A DNA stretch of 64,000 nt, from assembly GCA_044350285.1 (NCBI GenBank), contig JBILHX010000001.1:2646-66645 (forward strand), in the 5' to 3' direction. Each line of letters opens with the position of its first letter. The first letter of the stretch is position 1. The DNA is from Chitinophagaceae bacterium (lineage in GTDB: Bacteria > Bacteroidota > Bacteroidia > Chitinophagales > Chitinophagaceae). The position numbers were made by a program, and so were the translations under genes. Positions 57,686 to 64,000 of this stretch are shown piece after piece. A model generated the notes under the pieces. It was not told where the DNA came from. It saw only the letters and a program-made list of their open reading frames with translations, and made no database searches.

Positions 57686-58963
57686 ATGATGAAATGCCTT
57701 GCTAAAATATTGTTTTTTGTGTTGATTGGATTTTCCATTTCGGGTGTTAGTGCACAAACAAGAGAAGAACTTGAGAAAAAGAGAAAAGAAATTCAACTGG
57801 AAATAACTTCATTGCAGCAAGCACAAAGTGCCATCACAAAAGACAAAAAAGCAAGTCTCTCTCAATTAAAACTCATCGAAAAAAAACTGAGAAGCCGGTA
57901 TGCCTTTATTGATAATCTCAATGATGACATGCGGTTGATCGACAATACCATCTTCAGCAACAACAGGGAAATATACAGGTTGCAAAAGCAACTGGATACA
58001 TTGAAGCAGCAATATTCAAAAACAATTGAATACGCCTACAAAAACAGAAGCAGTTATGATATGATGAACTTCATATTTACGGCAACAAGTTTTAATGATG
58101 CCATCAGAAGGGCTTCTTATCTAAAAAGCTATCGCAGATACCGTGATGAACAGGCTCAGAATATCATAAAAACAAGTAAAGAGCTTGAAGCCAAAATCAA
58201 GTTGCTTACCGTTAACAAATCCGAAAAGGTAAAAGTGCTTGATGAGCAAACCAAGCAAAAGCAAATCTTGGAAGAGGAAAAGCAAGAAAAAAACCAGTTT
58301 GTTTCTAAACTCAAATCAAGGGAAAAAGAAATAGAGAAAGAGATGATTGCAAAGCGAAAAATCGAACGCAACCTTCAAAATGCAATTGCTGCCATCATCA
58401 AAAGAGAAATTGAATCAGCCAGAAGAAAAGCCGAAGATGAAGCGCGTAAGTTGGCTGCAAAACCAGAGGCTGAAAAAAAGACCATCACAGCCGCTAAACC
58501 AATTTCAGCTAGAAAAGAAAACATTCTCGAGAATACACCTGAGGTTACCAAAGTGTCTGTTGGATTCGAAAACAACAGGGGTAATTTGCCTTGGCCAGTT
58601 GAGAAGGCCAATGTTGTTTCCAGCTTTGGAAAACAAAAAATTGAAGGAACCTCATTGATTGAAGACAATATTGGACTTACGATTCAAACCAATGCAGGAA
58701 GCAATGTTAAAGCAGTATTTGAAGGTATTGTTACCACTGTTTATGATATTGCCGGCAGCCAAACAATCACCATCAAACACGGCAAGTATTTTACAACCTA
58801 TTATAACCTTTCATCCGTTAACGTGACTAAAGGAACCGCTGTTCAGATGGGACAGTTGCTTGGCAAGGCAGGGGTTAATGATGATGGCGAAGGTGAAATT
58901 ATGTTTGTTGTCAATATCGAAGCAATATTTGTCAACCCAGAAATCTGGTTAAAAAATCGCTAG
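57686..58963 (+). CDS. envC: Murein hydrolase activator EnvC-like (coiled coil + degenerate M23)
   Basis: Signal peptide, long coiled coil, F..NRGNLPWPV, HGKYFT.Y, VNPEIWL; no Zn-ligand HxxxD motif. Confidence 0.82.
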   Translation: MMKCLAKILFFVLIGFSISGVSAQTREELEKKRKEIQLEITSLQQAQSAITKDKKASLSQLKLIEKKLRSRYAFIDNLNDDMRLIDNTIFSNNREIYRLQKQLDTLKQQYSKTIEYAYKNRSSYDMMNFIFTATSFNDAIRRASYLKSYRRYRDEQAQNIIKTSKELEAKIKLLTVNKSEKVKVLDEQTKQKQILEEEKQEKNQFVSKLKSREKEIEKEMIAKRKIERNLQNAIAAIIKREIESARRKAEDEARKLAAKPEAEKKTITAAKPISARKENILENTPEVTKVSVGFENNRGNLPWPVEKANVVSSFGKQKIEGTSLIEDNIGLTIQTNAGSNVKAVFEGIVTTVYDIAGSQTITIKHGKYFTTYYNLSSVNVTKGTAVQMGQLLGKAGVNDDGEGEIMFVVNIEAIFVNPEIWLKNR

Positions 58964-58966
58964 GTC

Positions 58967-60100
58967 CTATCGTTGATTACTCTTCAAAACGTTCATATAA
59001 AGGGTCTCGTAGAGCGGGACAATATTTTCAATGTCAAATTTGAGCGCCTGTTCCCTGGCTGAAAATTTAAAACCCTTGTGCGTTTCTTCATCCCCTAAAA
59101 TGATTTTTCCAAAATTACCCATGCTTTCAACATCACCAATATTTCCCAGAAATCCATTTACACCGTGGCTAACGATTTCTGGCAATCCACCTGCATTGGT
59201 AGCAACAACTGGTGTGCCCGCTGCCATGGCTTCCAAGGCAGAAAGTCCAAAACTCTCATACTCAGAAGGAAGCAGAAATAAATCCGCTATGGCATAAATT
59301 TCCTCCATGTCTTGTTGCTTGCCCACAAACCTTGCATCTTCACAAATGCCAAGTTCCCTACACAACTCTTCAGCCATAGGCCTTTCAGGCCCGTCGCCCA
59401 CCAACAGAAGCTTTGATGGGATATCTTTTCTGATGACATTGTAGATTTTGATTACATCCGCAATCCGTTTTATTTTTCTAAAATTGGATGCGTGGAGGAT
59501 GATTTTTTCACCTTGAGGTGCAATCACTTTCCTGAAAGCATCTATGGGTTTTTTGTTGAACCTGTGGATGTCAACGAAATTATGAATTACACTGATTTCC
59601 TTTTCGATTTTGAAATTTGAGAAAGTTTCTTCCCTTAAATTATTCGAAACTGCAGTAATCGCATCACTTTGGTTGATCGAAAACGACACCACTGGTGCAT
59701 AGGTTTTGTCTTTCCCAACCAAGGTTATGTCTGTTCCATGCAGCGTTGTGATAAAAGGAATATGCAAACCTTCTGTCTCCAATATTTTCTTAGCCATATA
59801 GGCTGCGGATGCATGTGGAATGGCATAATGAACATGAAGCAAGTCGATATGGTTGTTACGCACCACATCAACCAACATACTGGCGAGGGCCGTTTCATAT
59901 GGAGGGAAATCAAACAAAGGATAGGTTGGTACACGCACTTCATGATAAAAAATATTGGCACTAAATCCTGTCAGCCTCACTGGCTGTTGGTAAGTTATGA
60001 AGTGAATGTTATGTCCTTTGTCTGCCAACGCCTTCCCCAATTCTGTTGCCAAAACGCCACTTCCTCCAAATGTTGGGTAACAAACAATCCCAATGTTCAT
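58967..60100 (-). CDS. bshA: N-acetyl-alpha-D-glucosaminyl L-malate synthase (bacillithiol biosynthesis)
   Basis: CYPTFGGSG, HVHYAIPHA, TTLHGTD, SNFR, ESFGLSALEAM. Confidence 0.93.
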   Translation of the reverse strand: MNIGIVCYPTFGGSGVLATELGKALADKGHNIHFITYQQPVRLTGFSANIFYHEVRVPTYPLFDFPPYETALASMLVDVVRNNHIDLLHVHYAIPHASAAYMAKKILETEGLHIPFITTLHGTDITLVGKDKTYAPVVSFSINQSDAITAVSNNLREETFSNFKIEKEISVIHNFVDIHRFNKKPIDAFRKVIAPQGEKIILHASNFRKIKRIADVIKIYNVIRKDIPSKLLLVGDGPERPMAEELCRELGICEDARFVGKQQDMEEIYAIADLFLLPSEYESFGLSALEAMAAGTPVVATNAGGLPEIVSHGVNGFLGNIGDVESMGNFGKIILGDEETHKGFKFSAREQALKFDIENIVPLYETLYMNVLKSNQR

Positions 60101-60224
60101 GTTGATGATTTTAGATAAAACGAAATTACCATTAATAAAGTTTAACCGTCTTGGTTAATTCTGTTTAAATGATGCTTAAATTTAGCATTCATTTTAAACA
60201 GGTGTTCAATTAAAATTTTTACAA

Positions 60225-61601
60225 ATGCTAAAAAAGGCTTTCATATCTTCTTTTCTGTTGTTAGCAGGGTTGTTTTCAGAGGCACAAACATCATTGGATT
60301 CAATGATGTTTAAAAAGATCTCGGATGAGATTTTCATGAACGGCCAGGCCTATTCCAACCTTCGTTTTTTATGTAAAAAAGTTGGACCTCGTTTGTCGGG
60401 TTCAGCAGGTGCCGCCAAGGCCGTTGAAGAAACTGCCAGAATGTTGCGTGAAGCAGGTGCCGATACGGTCTATCTACAGCCTTGCATGGTCCCTCAATGG
60501 GTTCGCGGAGCCAAGGAAGTTGGTAAAGCCACCCTTACAGATGGTAAAACAATGCCACTAAATATAGTATCATTGGGAAATGCTGTTGGAACGCCTGTTG
60601 CTGGTATTACAGCGAAAGTAATTGAGGTTAAAAACTTTGCAGAGTTGGAAAAGTTAGGTGCTGAAAAAGTGAAAGGAAATATCGTTTTCTATAATTTCAG
60701 GATGGATCCCCGTCATGTCAACACCTTTCGCGCTTATGGTGAAGCTGGAGTCTACCGCGGTCAAGGTCCTTCAAAAGCTGCAGCCATGGGTGCAGTTGGT
60801 GTAATTGTTCGAACCTTGTCTCCTGTTTTGGATGACAATCCACATACGGGTGCCACGAGGTATGATGAAGACAAACCAAAAATTCCTGCCGTTGCCATCA
60901 GCACAAACGGTGCCGTTGAATTGAGCAATGCAATTGCAGCAGGTAAGGTTAAATCAATCTATTTCAAAACAAACTGCAAGATGCTCCCGGACGTTCTTTC
61001 GTATAATGTTGTGGGTGAAATGCGCGGTTCTACTGCACCCGATGAGATCATCACCGTTGGTGGGCACTTAGACAGCTGGGACCTTGCCGAAGGTGCGCAT
61101 GATGATGGAACAGGTTGCATGCAAAGCATTGAAATCATCAGGGCATTCAAATCACTTGGTTTAAAACCCAAGAGAACAATCCGTGCTGTCATGTTTATGA
61201 ATGAAGAAAATGGGTTGAGGGGCGGAACAGCTTATGGCGACATTGCTAAGAAGGAAAATAAAAAGTTCATCATGGCCATGGAAAGTGATGCCGGTGGATT
61301 TACTCCAAGGGGATTTGGTTTTACCCTGCACCCTTCACAAAAAGAAAAATTGATGTCGTGGAAACCACTCTTTCATCCGTATGGTGCTACAGAATTTAAC
61401 GAAGGCGGCGGCGGTGCTGATATCGGTCCTCTTCGTGCACTGGGTACGGCGATGATTGGACTCAATCCGGATTCACAAAGGTACATGGACTTGCATCATG
61501 CAAAAACAGATGTTTTTGAGGCCGTGAGCGAGCGTGAATTGAACTTGGGTGCCGTTGTGATGGCAGCTATGGTGTATATGGTTAGTGAGTATGGGTTGTA
61601 A
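60225..61601 (+). CDS. M28 family secreted carboxypeptidase (carboxypeptidase Q-like, PA domain)
   Basis: GPRLSGS, GGHLDSWD, GAHDDGTG, NEENGL, ESD.G, HH..TD. Confidence 0.88.
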   Translation: MLKKAFISSFLLLAGLFSEAQTSLDSMMFKKISDEIFMNGQAYSNLRFLCKKVGPRLSGSAGAAKAVEETARMLREAGADTVYLQPCMVPQWVRGAKEVGKATLTDGKTMPLNIVSLGNAVGTPVAGITAKVIEVKNFAELEKLGAEKVKGNIVFYNFRMDPRHVNTFRAYGEAGVYRGQGPSKAAAMGAVGVIVRTLSPVLDDNPHTGATRYDEDKPKIPAVAISTNGAVELSNAIAAGKVKSIYFKTNCKMLPDVLSYNVVGEMRGSTAPDEIITVGGHLDSWDLAEGAHDDGTGCMQSIEIIRAFKSLGLKPKRTIRAVMFMNEENGLRGGTAYGDIAKKENKKFIMAMESDAGGFTPRGFGFTLHPSQKEKLMSWKPLFHPYGATEFNEGGGGADIGPLRALGTAMIGLNPDSQRYMDLHHAKTDVFEAVSERELNLGAVVMAAMVYMVSEYGL

Positions 61602-61607
61602 ATTTAT

Positions 61608-61742
61608 ACAGCCAGGGACTAGGGACAGGGGACGAGGGAACAGCCAATACAAATGAAGAATGAAAAATGAAGAATGCAACAGCCATCAAACTAAAATTGG
61701 GCCGCAGTAACTGGCTGTTCTATTTTTCATTTTTCATTTAAA
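61608..61742. repeat. Composite heptamer element between convergent genes
   Basis: ACAGCC-AGGGACT-AGGGACA-GGGGACG-AGGG-AACAGCC, then (AATGAAR)3-AATGC-AACAGCC, then inverted GGCTGTT...TTTTCATTTTTCATT. Confidence 0.75.
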
Positions 61743-62441
61743 TCAGCTTCCTAGTAAAAAGATGGCAGGTTCTTTGGGTAAAGATGGCGTATTCTCTTTC
61801 CAAGATGATATTTTCTTGGTTTTTACCCATTCTGTAGCCGATGTCAGGTTGTATGCAATACAAAGCTTTGTGTCTGGGTGACAAACTTTAAGAATGGAGG
61901 CTAGCATCACATTATTCCTGTAAGGAGTCTCAATAAAAAGTTGGGTGCACTTTTCTACAATTGCTTTTTTTTCTAATTCTTTTATTTTTTTTTCGCGATC
62001 AACAGATTCAATGGGGATATAGCCGTTGAATGTAAAGGATTGTCCATTCAATCCGCTTGCCATCAATGACAACAATATTGAACTTGGACCACTTAGCGGG
62101 TTAACTGTTGCCCCCATCTCCTGAGCTACTGCAACAAGTTGTTGTCCGGGGTCTGCAATGCCCGGGCACCCTGATTCGCTTACAATGCCTATTGTTTTAT
62201 GATTGTTAAGGCATTGTCTGAATGCGGCTACAGAAGCTGCTTCTTTTGCATCAATCTCATACCAATCCCTTTTGTCAATATCAAATTGTTTGTCAATTTT
62301 TTTAAAAGCCCTTCGTGCTGTTCTTATATTTTCAGCAAAGAATACATCACAGGCATTTATTTTTTCAGCAATATATGCTGGCAGGGTATTATAACCATCC
62401 TCCGAAAGTGCAATGGGAATAAGGTAAACAGTTCCAATCAT
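61743..62441 (-). CDS. RsmI-like tetrapyrrole-family SAM-dependent methyltransferase
   Basis: YLIPI, ENIRTARR, SESGCPGIADPG, GPSSI..SLMASGLNGQ, FIETPYRN; start ATG 62441. Confidence 0.88.
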   Translation of the reverse strand: MIGTVYLIPIALSEDGYNTLPAYIAEKINACDVFFAENIRTARRAFKKIDKQFDIDKRDWYEIDAKEAASVAAFRQCLNNHKTIGIVSESGCPGIADPGQQLVAVAQEMGATVNPLSGPSSILLSLMASGLNGQSFTFNGYIPIESVDREKKIKELEKKAIVEKCTQLFIETPYRNNVMLASILKVCHPDTKLCIAYNLTSATEWVKTKKISSWKENTPSLPKEPAIFLLGS

Positions 62442-62449
62442 GCTGCAAT

Positions 62450-63223
62450 TTAACGTATTGCAGATTCTTTTTGTTTGATTTGATGCATGCTGATGGTTGC
62501 AGCAATTACGGCATAGGCTGGCGCAAAGATCCAACCAATCCCAACAACAAAATGCATGAGATAAAAAACAATCCCATTGCCTATTGCCAATCCTTTGTGA
62601 TGCCCAATGAAATCGATGCTTTTGCCTGCACTCATTTTGTTGCGCTCACAAGAATAATCCAGCATTGAAAATCCATAATAGTAACATTCAATAATAATAG
62701 CAAGTAGGGGAGTTGCCCATCCAACGAATGGCAAGAGAGATAAAAACATAATGGAAAGAACATAAACTGTTTGCCATAGGGTATTGCGCACAGCCATCCT
62801 AACACCCCTTTCTACATCAATAAGATATTGTCTGAAATTAAAGGCAATGTTTTTTCCTTCAATGATTGATGCCGTTTTTTCACTTAAAAAAGAAAAAACG
62901 GGTGAGCCTATAATCAGCCAAATATACTTGAAGAGTGAAAAATAAAGCAGCATGAGTATCAACCAAAGAATAACGGATGCTACTGTAAAAAAAAATCCAA
63001 TCCAGCTGCTCTCTAGTTTATCAAGCCAGCTTTGTAGACCTGTGTCTATTGTCAGATAAGAAATTACAGCAGTGGCTGATTTTCCAAAAAAATACATGCT
63101 GATTGTAAAAAGCATGGCATAAAATATACCAGGGATGATGATCCATTTCCACAAGCGATGCTCACGGATAAAATCATGTGCCTTAAAATAAGATTGAATC
63201 GCTATGACTATTTCTTTAAGCAG
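62450..63223 (-). CDS. EI24/CysZ-family membrane protein
   Basis: IIGSPVFSFLSEKT, YYYGFSMLDY..ER, IGNG..F; frame extends beyond the ORF-track TTG at 63154 to a CTG at 63223. Confidence 0.8.
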   Translation of the reverse strand: MLKEIVIAIQSYFKAHDFIREHRLWKWIIIPGIFYAMLFTISMYFFGKSATAVISYLTIDTGLQSWLDKLESSWIGFFFTVASVILWLILMLLYFSLFKYIWLIIGSPVFSFLSEKTASIIEGKNIAFNFRQYLIDVERGVRMAVRNTLWQTVYVLSIMFLSLLPFVGWATPLLAIIIECYYYGFSMLDYSCERNKMSAGKSIDFIGHHKGLAIGNGIVFYLMHFVVGIGWIFAPAYAVIAATISMHQIKQKESAIR

Positions 63224-63341
63224 GTCTTGGTTTTTTTATGAACGGCAAAATACGAATTTAAAGTGAATTGATATACCCATTTATACCGATAACTTCAACG
63301 CTCATTTTATTTAAAACACTATCTTCATAAAAATCATACTT

Positions 63342-64000
63342 GTGAAACAGGAAAAAAAGTCCAAATTACTTTCTTGGTTGTCTTTTTTAATTGGTCCAAT
63401 TTTTTTTATATCCGTGCTTTTATTCAAACCTTTTTCCCTTGATACGCTTTCTCTGAAAGTGCTTGCTGTAGCGGTTCTGATGATATCATGGTGGATTACT
63501 GAAGCCATTCCAATGCCGGCTGTTGCCATCATTCCATTGGTATTGTTTCCATTGATGGGGATTTCAAAAATTGCTGAAACCGCTGCCCCTTATGCCAATG
63601 AAGTGATTTTTCTTTTTATGGGTGGTTTTATCATAGGGTTAGCCATTGAAAAATGGAACCTACACAAACGAATCGCACTTTCCATCGTTCAATTTACCGG
63701 TACAGGAGGAAATAAAATCATCTTGGGCTTCATCATTGCCACCGGTTTTATCAGCATGTGGTTGAGCAACACGGCCACGACAATGATGATGTATCCAATT
63801 GCTGCCTCCGTCATCTCTGTGGTTGGAGGGAAAAATATCACAGAGAAACAATCTAAAAACTTTGCCCTTTGCATCATGCTGTCCATAGCCTATGCTTCTA
63901 ATTTTGGTGGAATTGCCACAATAATTGGCACACCACCAAATGTTGCCTACGCCTCTTTTATGAGCAAGAAGTATGGGTTTGATGTTTCTTTTTCAAGTTG
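63342..64000 (+). CDS. DASS/SLC13 family sodium:dicarboxylate/sulfate symporter (3'-truncated)
   Basis: Open frame from GTG 63342: WWITEAIP, IFLFMGGF, EKWNLHKRIAL, SMWLSNTAT, GGIATIIGTPPN. Confidence 0.9.
   Translation, partial: MKQEKKSKLLSWLSFLIGPIFFISVLLFKPFSLDTLSLKVLAVAVLMISWWITEAIPMPAVAIIPLVLFPLMGISKIAETAAPYANEVIFLFMGGFIIGLAIEKWNLHKRIALSIVQFTGTGGNKIILGFIIATGFISMWLSNTATTMMMYPIAASVISVVGGKNITEKQSKNFALCIMLSIAYASNFGGIATIIGTPPNVAYASFMSKKYGFDVSFSS

Noticed and set aside
57686-58963. M23 domain lacking zinc ligands as a pseudogene
   Set aside because: A degenerate M23 domain is the normal state of EnvC-type activators
253-63886. Numerous 60-175 aa antisense or nested ORFs in the track
   Set aside because: They lie within well-supported genes on the other strand or frame and show no family motifs

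Overview
64 kb of a Bacteroidota chromosome. The T9SS/gliding genes, TAnnTTTG promoters, acpP-fabF-rnc and murF-gldJ-porU-porV-ispF synteny suggest Chitinophagaceae; that assignment is inference. Most of the window is housekeeping: class II ribonucleotide reductase (5'-truncated), fatty-acid synthesis, gldF/gldG, murF-alr, lspA, comM, pyrC, porT, ubiE/menG, engB, tatD, hexuronate catabolism, fbaA, murF, gldJ, porU/porV, ispF, dut, envC, bshA and a 3'-truncated DASS transporter. The accessory part is a ~15 kb block (25505-40410) directly after tRNA-Ser(GGA) that looks like a defence/DNA-damage island. It holds a WYL regulator divergent from a vWA gene with a 16-bp palindrome between them, and a 1330-aa DUF4011-type SF1 helicase whose Vsr-like nuclease domain has lost two conserved acidic residues. 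It also holds an NfeD-SPFH pair, an M23 peptidase, and a standalone HEPN RNase co-oriented directly upstream of sbcD-sbcC, which resembles a split RloC. Intergenic DNA carries short modular repeats: perfect 36/42-bp palindromes with a compensatory base change, and 7-mer and 9-mer arrays. Also seen are an unannotated 44-aa lipoprotein, a candidate sRNA, a probable CTG start codon and several probable leaderless genes. All calls come from reading motifs by eye; no database searches were run.
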